Assembly: GCA_032718475.1 (NCBI GenBank)
Contig: JAUCBJ010001146.1
Coordinates: forward strand, 1 to 49,190
Origin: Nemertoderma westbladi
Taxonomy: Eukaryota > Animalia > Xenacoelomorpha
Direction: 5' to 3'
DNA: 49,190 nt
Of this stretch, positions 30,757 to 40,600 are shown in pieces. Numbering within the stretch: position 1 is the first letter of the stretch; the number at the start of each line of letters is the position of its first letter. The notes beneath the pieces are model-generated. The model was not told the origin of the DNA. It searched no databases and saw only the letters and a program-made list of their open reading frames with translations. Position numbers and translations under genes: made by a program.

Positions 30757-31955
30757 GCTGCTGTTACTGCTGCTGTCTTTCTGTCTTCTATTCGTTTTTT
30801 CTTTACTTGTTCCTCTTGAACCTTAGTGAGGCGGATGCTTTCATCGAATCTACCTTGGTTCGCAGCTAACATATCTACATCGATTGCGTCCAACACAAGT
30901 TTGGCTCCTTCACTATTAGGGCTAAGTCCATCCAGCCGTCTCCTCAACTCTTCGTCCCCTACAAATCGTTGATAGTCTGACAGATAGATGTCAATAGCAT
31001 CCCTCTTATGCGGTTTCTCTGCTGTCGCTTCGCTTTCCACTTGGGAAAAGGTAGCGTCTGTTAATTCTCCATGGGTTGAGCGCTCATCCAACTGAGATTT
31101 CCACGGGGTAGTTCTTTGAACTTGGAGGCTCACCCGCTGAAACCAAGTCTTTACAGGAACTTGCAACGATGTGTCTTGTCTTCTTTTTGAAGCTTCCTCA
31201 AAGGCAGATAAGATTAGTCTGATTCTTAGAATTATTTCCCTAACTTGATAAAGCAGCTTTCCCTGCTCTTGAGGTCCTTGTGGTTGTCGAAACAATTGTT
31301 CCTCTAATCGCTCCATAGAGCTGAAGAATCCCTGCACGTATCCGGCTGCTGACCTCTTCCATACACCTGGATCACAGGTTTCTTTTGTCACTCCCATCCT
31401 GTGAATGTCTTCCCAGGCAGCTTCTGATAAGTCAAACGGGAGTCCAGGTCCGGGGAAGTTCCATTGCGACTTGACAATAGACTCCAGTTCTTCCCTTGTG
31501 TATCCCGCATAACTATCCTTAGTCGATCGCTTACTTCTCGCCCAATCAATCTGGTGCTCCTCCACCGCAATCAATACCCTAGTGAGTACGGCTGCAGGAA
31601 GGATGAGAAGGGGGTCCGAATAAACCATATCCGCCATCTTCGCTCCGCGTTCGGGTGTCAGCTCTACAGTATCCGAACTACTGGAGCTATCGGGCCGCGG
31701 AGAACTAGGCTCTTGGCTAGGATGTTGCTGCTGCTCAACAGCCGCTTCTTGATCCCGCTTGACTTGGGCCCGAGTGCCGATGATAGACCGATGGTGTTGG
31801 ATTAGCTTAGGGTCTGATATTACTACTGGAGGGATGACCTTCCTTACAGTAGGAGGTGAGTTGAACTTGGGTCTTACACGTTCCACACTCCTGTCTGGGT
31901 CACAGATGGTTGTATCTAGGAGACTGTCGGACAGGTTCTGCTTTGTGTCAGACAT
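30573..31955 (-). CDS. Outer element Gag N-terminal part (frameshifted into the next ORF at ~30755)
   Basis: ATG at 31955. One extra base at GCA GCA TGG CA would give ...AAMAKAEAERK. 33-bp AEAERKAAEAA repeats follow. Confidence 0.7.
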   Translation of the reverse strand: MSDTKQNLSDSLLDTTICDPDRSVERVRPKFNSPPTVRKVIPPVVISDPKLIQHHRSIIGTRAQVKRDQEAAVEQQQHPSQEPSSPRPDSSSSSDTVELTPERGAKMADMVYSDPLLILPAAVLTRVLIAVEEHQIDWARSKRSTKDSYAGYTREELESIVKSQWNFPGPGLPFDLSEAAWEDIHRMGVTKETCDPGVWKRSAAGYVQGFFSSMERLEEQLFRQPQGPQEQGKLLYQVREIILRIRLILSAFEEASKRRQDTSLQVPVKTWFQRVSLQVQRTTPWKSQLDERSTHGELTDATFSQVESEATAEKPHKRDAIDIYLSDYQRFVGDEELRRRLDGLSPNSEGAKLVLDAIDVDMLAANQGRFDESIRLTKVQEEQVKKKRIEDRKTAAVTAAWQRQKRKERRQKQRPKRKERRQKQRPKRKERRQKQRPKRKVRRRRQWQKQNGGHLKRQPN

Positions 31956-32084
31956 GTTTGTTTATACGGTTGAATGCCTACTGCTATATTACAGTTAAAG
32001 CAAGTCTAGTAATTCAGTATCACTGTTAGCCTAGTAATTAATTACCGATACTGCTACTCAATGTAGCGTGATATATATACAATA

Positions 32085-32340
32085 TATTAGAATACCGGTA
32101 TACTTATAATATATAGGTATTATTACAGACTAGATTTGTCACAGAATACCGGTATGTAATTCCAGCATAAATATATATAAATATATAATAGGCCTATCTT
32201 GAATACCGGTATACAGCTTACACTTATGGTATATATAAGTATAATTATGGACTAGAATTAAATACAGAATACCGGTATAATTTCAGACTAAATTTATAGA
32301 AATAAATATAATAAGCCTATTGTAAATACCGGTATGTCAA
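32085..32340. repeat. Degenerate tandem repeat in the outer leader with recurrent ATACCGGTAT palindrome
   Basis: ataccggtat at ~32092, 32146, 32203, 32269, 32326. Confidence 0.7.
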
Positions 32341-33267
32341 TTATTTTAAATAATTGAATTTCTGAATTTTTAGGGGTTACTTGGTTACTTTACTTACTTT
32401 ATTACCGTTATTTGAGCAGTAGTCCAACTGATATTGAGACCTAATTGTTGTATCGCAGGCCTACTATTTATAAATCGTTTGAGTTGATTTATAATATCTA
32501 TATACCCGTTTAATGGGTTTTGTCAATATTTGAAATAAATGTTATTATTTCTGGGGGAAGTCACTACACAGATGCTGTGCGCTCTCAGTGAAGTGCTACT
32601 TGTTGGACACTAAAACAAATAATTCTAATTTACCTAGGTTACTTAATACTACAAATTACGTACAATTCGGTGTGAGATTACAATCTCTAAATAAACACAA
32701 AAATTACAAGTGCGAATTTTTAGGGTAATTTTAAAAGAAGTCTACAAACCAGCCTAACAAAGGGTTAGAATATCTGGTTATTACAACGGACAGGGTACTA
32801 CGGTATTTGGAAAATAATAAGCAGTAGTAAATATATTGCGCAGTCCAGATAGGAAAAATACCACCGTCTGACGACCTGTAGCCGTATCGCTATAGGTACT
32901 ACGTTATGTTTCGCGGAGTGTTCCTACCTAGAAGTTAATTACCGCGGTCTACCAGAACCAACGTGCCTATTAACCACTTTACAACACAAATATACTACCT
33001 ACACACTAATCACCTTCGGAAAGCACTGTACACTAAACCCTAGATTAGGTACAAGTACTTGTACAACAATAATCAGTAGTTAAATATACTTGAACAGCTA
33101 AAAGAACCACGGCATCTGCTGGAGTGACCGGGGCACAAAAGTAGTAAGTAAGTAAAAGTAGTACCGGGGTTAATTTAACTATAACGGTATGTATAACAAG
33201 CACAATTACTGTAGGAATAAACTTGGGGATATGAATGTTGCGAATAATCGCATAAACTCTGAATAAT

Positions 33268-33840
33268 AAATATTGCGCTACGCGTACAGACTACTCAAAC
33301 AAAATGCAGATCAAATACTGACAGACTACTATCAAGCCTAAACAAACTACGGTATATGCAGACTCCGAAATGGTTAGTTAGTATGCGTTCTAACCGAGTA
33401 GTACAAATTATTCTTTCGAGGGGGTTTACCTCACAGCACTGGAAGCCCCTACGTTCCTAACCAGCACTTTATCGGACATACACTCTACACGCACCGCAAT
33501 CTCTTCAGACCTAACAACAGCCAGACAACAATCCAGCCTACAAATTATCTAAATAAGAAATATTACGCTACCCGTACAGACTACACAAACAAAATACAAA
33601 CCAAACGCTGGCAGACTACCATCAAGCCTAAATAAACTACAGTATATGCAGACTCCAAAATGGTTAGTTAGTATGCGTTCTAACCGAGTAGTACGACTTA
33701 TTCTTTCGAGGGGGTTTACCTCACAACACTGGAAGCCCCTACGTTCCTAACTAGTACTTTTTCGGACATACGCTCTACACACACTACAATATCTTCAGAC
33801 TTAACAACAGTCAGACAACAGTCCAGCCTACAAATTATCT
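33268..33840. repeat. ~290-bp tandem duplication in the outer leader
   Basis: aaatatt.cgctac.cgtacagactac ... cagcctacaaattatct occurs twice (33268-33550, 33558-33840). Confidence 0.9.
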
Positions 33841-34059
33841 GTACAATCTGGGCAGGCTTACACGTCTTCTTCTCAATATTAGCCTACAAATAAATAAAAC
33901 TGACAGAAATAAGTAAAATCCCAATAAAAAACCAGGGCGGGCCCTCCCTGATTAATTATCAAGACCTACCAGTATATAATTATCTAAATCTAATAATACT
34001 GCTGTACCTGTACTGTTGTAAGTACCGGTTCCGGTGGTTAGGTAGTTAGGCCTACAGGT

Positions 34060-34175
34060 TACCGGTCGACCGGTACTTCCGACTTGATTGCTTACGCCGC
34101 AATCAAGAAGCAACAACTGTTATTGTTCTTACCAGAACAATATTAAACTGTATTTATTGCTTACACTGCAATAAA
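34060..34175 (-). other. Structured leader: 16-bp palindrome plus three stem-loops directly after the primer-binding position
   Basis: taccggtcgaccggta (34060-34075), cttgattgc/gcaatcaag (34083-34107), tattgttct/agaacaata (34121-34142), tttattgc/gcaataaa (34153-34175). Confidence 0.8.
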
Positions 34176-34179
34176 GAAT

Positions 34180-34191
34180 TATATCTGTTAT
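34180..34191 (-). promoter_or_regulatory. Non-tRNA primer-binding position of the outer element, complementary to its own LTR
   Basis: Minus strand ATAACAGATATA directly follows the 5' LTR, with no TGG. It is the exact 12-nt complement of LTR 34943-34932 (TATATCTGTTAT). Confidence 0.72.
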
Positions 34192-35385
34192 TGTTCGCGC
34201 TTTTAAGACCTTTAGCAGTTTAACCTGCCAAATTTGGATGTCTTTTAGATTATAAATCGACTTTAGCCTATGACAAGTATTTGATACAAATAAACACTAC
34301 ATTAGCCGAAGCCAGCCTAGCCTATTCACCCGCTGGATATACCCGGGAGACTGGATTCGGAAGCTTAATCTTATTGCTGTGTAAACCTACTGTATTATTC
34401 GACTGATCGTAATATATAATCTCTGACAAATATTATTCACTTTCGGGAAATATTAACAGTTCCTTTAGGACATGGCGCTCTATCTATATAAACAGAGCTA
34501 TGACTTAAACTAGACACAACGGTATGGCTATAGATTCACGTATATGGCGCATTGTTTAGGAGATGCTTTGTTATCAGTCTCAATCATACACACTACTGCA
34601 CAATACTGCACACCGATCTGCCGACCTTCATTAATTTTAGTCACATATAAAGAGAACAACGACGGATACATGTAGTGCCTATGAAATAGCATTAGATTCA
34701 CTTCAAAACCACTTTAATGTAAGTCGCAATCGTTATATGTAACCGGTCTCTCTTACCTTCAGTATATCAAAAGATTGAGGGTTTCGTAATTATTTATCGT
34801 TATTCCAAATATAATAATATTCCATCAACTGATATAATGAATAACCGACAGTAAATAGCAGTACAATGTTACGGTATGAATGTTTATGTGAGTTTGATTG
34901 GTTTGGAAAGTAAGTAAGATGGTATGTACTGATAACAGATATACGTTCTATAATTAAGCCTACTAATGTTGGGCTAAAGCCTGAAAACACAGAGATTCCA
35001 AAGCCGGTCTTCTGGCTGTGTAAAAAGGTGAACATAAACCGTAATGCATTGCGCGACTTCTCGGAGGTTTCTGTACAAAAAGCCAGAGAATCGCTTTGAT
35101 TGGTTGAGTGATTGCACAGAGTGGGCCTGAACAAAGAAACTTCCACGAGTACACCAAATCAGCTGATAGATGTCGTAATCTGAACTACACTGTGTAGAGA
35201 GTATTATGGCGTATTGCGACATAGGATTGCTAGTTGTGTCCGCCAAAGTACACATACAGAAAAATAGCTTTTTATGTCCACTAAAATACCGGTACAGTAA
35301 GGAAACGACTTTTATGTCCTTCAAAACATCTAAAGAGTACTTCGCGGGGAAAAAATGACTAGCTAATCCCGCAAAAGCCTTTACA
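34192..35385 (-). repeat. 5' LTR of the outer element (1194 bp)
   Basis: Uninterrupted copy of the split LTR at 3914-6277. Imperfect terminal inverted repeat tgt-N4-gctttt. Followed by GTAGT. Confidence 0.9.
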
Positions 35386-35390
35386 GTAGT

Positions 35391-36545
35391 ATATCCAGCC
35401 GTCTGCAGTTCCATAGTCTGCCGCTAGAGGGCGTATGATCTGAAAATTAACATCTTCTCTAACTTTGTTATTTTCATTCCGAAAAGGTTTAAATTCGGTT
35501 GGCATCTACTACGGCATAGGCCATATCTTTTGCAGAGTCATAGAGTAGTCTGAAGTTCCCCTGTCTGCCGCTAGAGGGCGTATCATTTGAAAATTTACAT
35601 CTTCTCTAACTTTGTTATTTACAATCCGCAAAACTATGAAGTTATATTGCTTAAGAGTTCTAAGGGGCGAGCCATGAGGCAAGATGTTTGAGGCTTTGCT
35701 TAAGAGTTTTAAGGGGCGAGCCATGAGGCAAGATGTTTGAGGCTTATTTAGATATATTATTACTTAATCTTGACCCCCCAATCGGCATCTACTACGGCAT
35801 AGGCCATATCTTTTGCGGAGACATAGAGTAGTCTGAAGTTCCCCTGTGTGTCGCTAGAGGGCGTATTATTTGAAAATTAACATCTTCTCTAACTTTGTTA
35901 TTTTCATTCCGAAAAGGTTTAAATTCGGTAGGCATCTACTACGGCATAGGCCATATCTTTTGCGGAGTCATAGAGTAGTCTGAAGTTCCCCTGTCTGCCG
36001 CTAGAGGGCGTATCATTTGAAAATTTACATCTTCTCTAACTTTGTTATTTACAATCCGCAAAACTATGAAGTTATATTGCTTAAGAGTTCTAAGGGGCGA
36101 GCCATGAGGCAAGATGTTTGAGGCTTTGCTTAAGAGTTTTAAGGGGCGAGCCATGAGGCAAGATGTTTGAGGCTTATTTAGATATATTATTACTTAATCT
36201 TGACCCCCCAATCGGCATCTACTACGGCATAGGCCATATCTTTTGCGGAGACATAGAGTAGTCTGAAGTTCCCCTGTGTGTCGCTAGAGGGCGTATTATT
36301 TGAAAATTAACATCTTCTCTAGCTTTGTTATTTACAATCCGTAAAACTATGAAGTTATATTGCTTAAGAGTTCTAAGGGGCGAGCCATGAGGCAAGATGT
36401 TTGAGGCTTATTTAGATATATTATTACTTAATTTTGACCCCCCAATCGGTATCTATTACAATATGGGCTATATCTTTTGCAGAGCCACAGAGTATTCTGA
36501 AGTTCCCAGTCTGCCGCTAGAGGCCGAAATGCCTCAAAGTGAAAA
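35391..36545 (+). repeat. Tandem ~430-bp repeat built from ~146-bp subunits, related to the 26-27 kb element
   Basis: ggcatctactacggcatagg... at 35501 and 35931. Shares cgctagagggcg and ggggcgagcca motifs with 26062-27036. Confidence 0.75.
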
Positions 36546-36631
36546 CCATATGGTAGCCATGAATTGGATACTAGGCAATAATACTGCATTTTGCAACGTT
36601 AGGCCTATTTCTGACCGAACGAAAACTGCCC

Positions 36632-36705
36632 TGGTTCATGCAGGGATCGAACCCATGACATACGGGAGATGTGATTTCAAGGCAACCACTACACCAAGGT
36701 GGAAC
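36632..36705 (-). pseudogene. tRNA-like sequence (tRNA pseudogene or tRNA-derived SINE head)
   Basis: Minus strand A box TGGTGTAGTGG (36696-36686), B box GGTTCGATCC (36653-36644), gttc/gaac acceptor-like ends followed by CA. The anticodon arm does not fold well. Confidence 0.55.
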
Positions 36706-36762
36706 AGTAACCTTCGAATTTGTTCGTTGACGTTCGAATTTGTTATTTAAGACATGACACAT

Positions 36763-37197
36763 ACTATGCCTCACTGAGGCATATACTATGACTCACTGAG
36801 GCATAGACTATGCCTCACTGAGGCACTAAGGCATAGACTATGCCTCACTGAGGCACTGAGGCATAGACTATGCCTCACTGAGGCAATGAGGCATAGACTA
36901 TGCCTCACTGAGGCACTGAGGCATAGACTACGCCTCACTGAGGCAATGAGGCATAGACTATGCCTCACTGAGGCATAGACTATGCCTCACTGAGGCACTG
37001 AGGCATAGACTATGCCTCACTGAGGCATAGTATGACTCAAGCATAGACTATGACTCGGGCATAGACTATGCCTCACTGAGGCATAGACTATGCCTCACTG
37101 AGGCACTGAGGCATAGACTATGCCTCACTGAGGCATAGACTATGACTCACTGAGGCATAGACTATGCCACAATTAGGCATAGACTATTCAGGCATAG
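36763..37197. repeat. Palindromic minisatellite (22/30-bp units, TGAGGCATAG-A-CTATGCCTCA)
   Basis: Each unit is a 10-bp inverted repeat around one central base. Units are interspersed with 8-bp ctgaggca. Confidence 0.92.
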
Positions 37198-37649
37198 ATT
37201 GGGAGGACCGATTTTACACCCTCCACATTATAAATCATTAAATAATAGTTAATTACTAATTTAATTTAAAGTCAATTATCTGAAATAATTAATTATGATA
37301 GGATGATGGGAAGATGGAGGAAACGTATATGTACTCGGACAGTAGCGAATAGTTATTATAGGAAGGGATCTTGGGGTCTTGGTAGCGAATAGTAATTTGC
37401 TAGTTTGTAATTTGCTGCAACATGTTTTCGTCATTACATTTGTATTCTGACATATAATATACAACGCGGCTCAGACGGGCAACTGAGGAGCTAACCATTA
37501 CGCAGTTCTACAAACACTGGTACACTCACCCCACACTGGTACTGGGTATATGTTTATGTAAAGTATATTACTTGAGTTTATATACTGTATATTACTCAGG
37601 GGTTTCAATTATATGGAACGTTAACTATAACTGAAATTGTACTAGTTTA

Positions 37650-40600
37650 AAGGACGTCCGGATTGTACTGTTATTAGATTTTAGTTTAAGAATGTGGCAC
37701 CGCGCCCGGATTGTAGTTTTATTAGACATTTAGTTTAAGAACGTGGCACCGCGCCCGGTTTGTAGTTTTCTTAGATATTTAGTTTAAGAACATGGCTCCA
37801 CGCCTGGTTTGTAGTTTTATTAGACATTTAGTTTGAGAACGTGGCACCGCGCCCGGTTTGTAGTTTTATTAGACATTTAGTTTAAGAACGTGGCACCGCG
37901 CCTGGTTTGTAGTTTTCTTAGATATTTAGTTTAAGAACATGGCTCCGCGCCTGGTTTGTAGTTTTATTAGACATTTAGTTTAAGAACATGGCACCGTGCC
38001 CGGTTTGTAGTTTTATTAGACATTTAGTTTAAGAACGTGGCACCGCGCCCGGTTTGTAGTTTTCTTAGATATTTAGTTTAAGAACATGGCACCGTGCCCG
38101 GTTTGTAGTTTTATTAGACATTTAGTTTAAGAACGTGGCACCGCGCCCGGTTTGTAGTTTTCTTAGATATTTAGTTTAAGAACGTGGCACCGCGCCCGGT
38201 TTGTAGTTTTATTAGATATTTAGTATAAGAACGTGGCACCGCGCCCGGTTTGTAGTTTTCTTAGATATTTAGTTTAAGAACGTGGCACCGCGCCCGGTTT
38301 GTAGTTTTATTAGACATTTAGTTTGAGAACGTGGCACCGCGCCCGGTTTGTAGTTTTATTAGACATTTAGTTTAAGAACGTGGCACCGCGCCTGGTTTGT
38401 AGTTTTCTTAGATATTTAGTTTAAGAACATGGCTCCGCGCCTGGTTTGTAGTTTTATTAGACATTTAGTTTAAGAACATGGCACCGTGCCCGGTTTGTAG
38501 TTTTATTAGACATTTAGTTTAAGAACGTGGCACCGCGCCCGGTTTGTAGTTTTCTTAGATATTTAGTTTAAGAACATGGCACCGTGCCCGGTTTGTAGTT
38601 TTATTAGACATTTAGTTTAAGAACGTGGCACCGCGCCCGGTTTGTAGTTTTCTTAGATATTTAGTTTAAGAACATGGCACCGTGCCCGGTTTGTAGTTTT
38701 ATTAGACATTTAGTTTAAGAACGTGGCACCGCGCCCGGTTTGTAGTTTTCTTAGATATTTAGTTTAAGAACGTGGCACCGCGCCCGGTTTGTAGTTTTAT
38801 TAGATATTTAGTATAAGAACGTGGCACCGCGCCCGGTTTGTAGTTTTATTAGACATTTATTTTAAGAACGTGGCACCGCGCCCGGTTTGTAGTTTTCTTA
38901 GATATTTAGTTTAAGAACGTGGCACCGCGCCCGGTTTGTAGTTTTATTAGACATTTAGTTTGAGAACGTGGCACCGCGCCCGGTTTGTAGTTTTATTAGA
39001 CATTTAGTTTAAGAACGTGGCACCGCGCCTGGTTTGTAGTTTTCTTAGATATTTAGTTTAAGAACATGGCACCGTGCCCGGTTTGTAGTTTTATTAGACA
39101 TTTAGTTTAAGAACGTGGCACCGCGCCCGGTTTGTAGTTTTCTTAGATATTTAGTTTAAGAACATGGCACCGTGCCCGGTTTGTAGTTTTATTAGACATT
39201 TAGTTTAAGAACGTGGCACCGCGCCCGGTTTGTAGTTTTCTTAGATATTTAGTTTAAGAACGTGGCACCGCGCCCGGTTTGTAGTTTTATTAGATATTTA
39301 GTATAAGAACGTGGCACCGCGCCCGGTTTGTAGTTTTATTAGACATTTAGTTTAAGAACGTGGCACCGCGCCCGGTTTGTAGTTTTCTTAGATATTTAGT
39401 TTAAGAACGTGGCACCGCGCCCGGTTTGTAGTTTTATTAGACATTTAGTTTGAGAACGTGGCACCGCGCCCGGTTTGTAGTTTTATTAGACATTTAGTTT
39501 AAGAACGTGGCACCGCGCCTGGTTTGTAGTTTTCTTAGATATTTAGTTTAAGAACATGGCTCCGCGCCTGGTTTGTAGTTTTATTAGACATTTAGTTTAA
39601 GAACATGGCACCGTGCCCGGTTTGTAGTTTTATTAGACATTTAGTTTAAGAACGTGGCACCGCGCCCGGTTTGTAGTTTTCTTAGATATTTAGTTTAAGA
39701 ACATGGCACCGTGCCCGGTTTGTAGTTTTATTAGACATTTAGTTTAAGAACGTGGCACCGCGCCCGGTTTGTAGTTTTCTTAGATATTTAGTTTAAGAAC
39801 ATGGCACCGCGCCCGGTTTGTAGTTTTATTAGACATTTAGTTTAAGAACGTGGCACCGCGCCCGGTTTGTAGTTTTCTTAGATATTTAGTTTAAGAACGT
39901 GGCACCGCGCCCGGTTTGTAGTTTTATTAGATATTTAGTATAAGAACGTGGCACCGCGCCCGGTTTGTAGTTTTATTAGACATTTAGTTTAAGAACGTGG
40001 CACCGCGCCCGGTTTGTAGTTTTCTTAGATATTTAGTTTAAGAACGTGGCACCGCGCCCGGTTTGTAGTTTTATTAGACATTTAGTTTGAGAACGTGGCA
40101 CCGCGCCCGGTTTGTAGTTTTATTAGACATTTAGTTTGAGAACGTGGCACCGCGCCCGGTTTGTAGTTTTATTAGACATTTAGTTTGAGAACGTGGCACC
40201 GCGCCCGGTTTGTAGTTTTATTAGACATTTAGTTTAAGAACGTGGCACCGCGCCCGGTTTGTAGTTTTCTTAGATATTTAGTTTAAGAACGTGGCACCGC
40301 GCCCGGTTTGTAGTTTTATTAGATATTTAGTATAAGAACGTGGCACCGCGCCCGGTTTGTAGTTTTATTAGACATTTAGTTTAAGAACGTGGGTCCGCAC
40401 CCAGTTTGTAGTTTTATAAGACATTTAGTTTAAGAACGTGGGTCCGCGCCCGGTTTGTAGTTTTATTAGACATTTAGTTTAAGAACGTGGCTCCACGCCT
40501 GGTTTGTAGTTTTATTAGACATTTAGTTTGAGAACGTGGCACCGCGCCCGGTTTGTAGTTTTATTAGATATTTAGTTTAAGAACGTGGGTCCGCACCCAG

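Larger units (their letters stand above)
3914..35385 (-). mobile_element. Outer BEL/Pao LTR retrotransposon (pol-deleted derivative) hosting nested insertions
   Basis: LTRs with TGT...ACA ends at 3914-6277 (interrupted) and 34192-35385. 5-bp TSD GTAGT (3909-3913 / 35386-35390). BEL-type gag-protease on the minus strand. PPT next to the left LTR. Confidence 0.88.

Noticed and set aside
34125-34140. TGG on the minus strand as a displaced tRNA PBS for the outer element
   Set aside because: It lies ~55 nt from the LTR edge inside a hairpin loop; a PBS must abut the LTR.
35509-37464. ORFs 35509-35724, 35939-36154, 36397-36750, 36786-36968, 37276-37464
   Set aside because: Products of tandem repeats or short AT-rich frames with no protein motifs.
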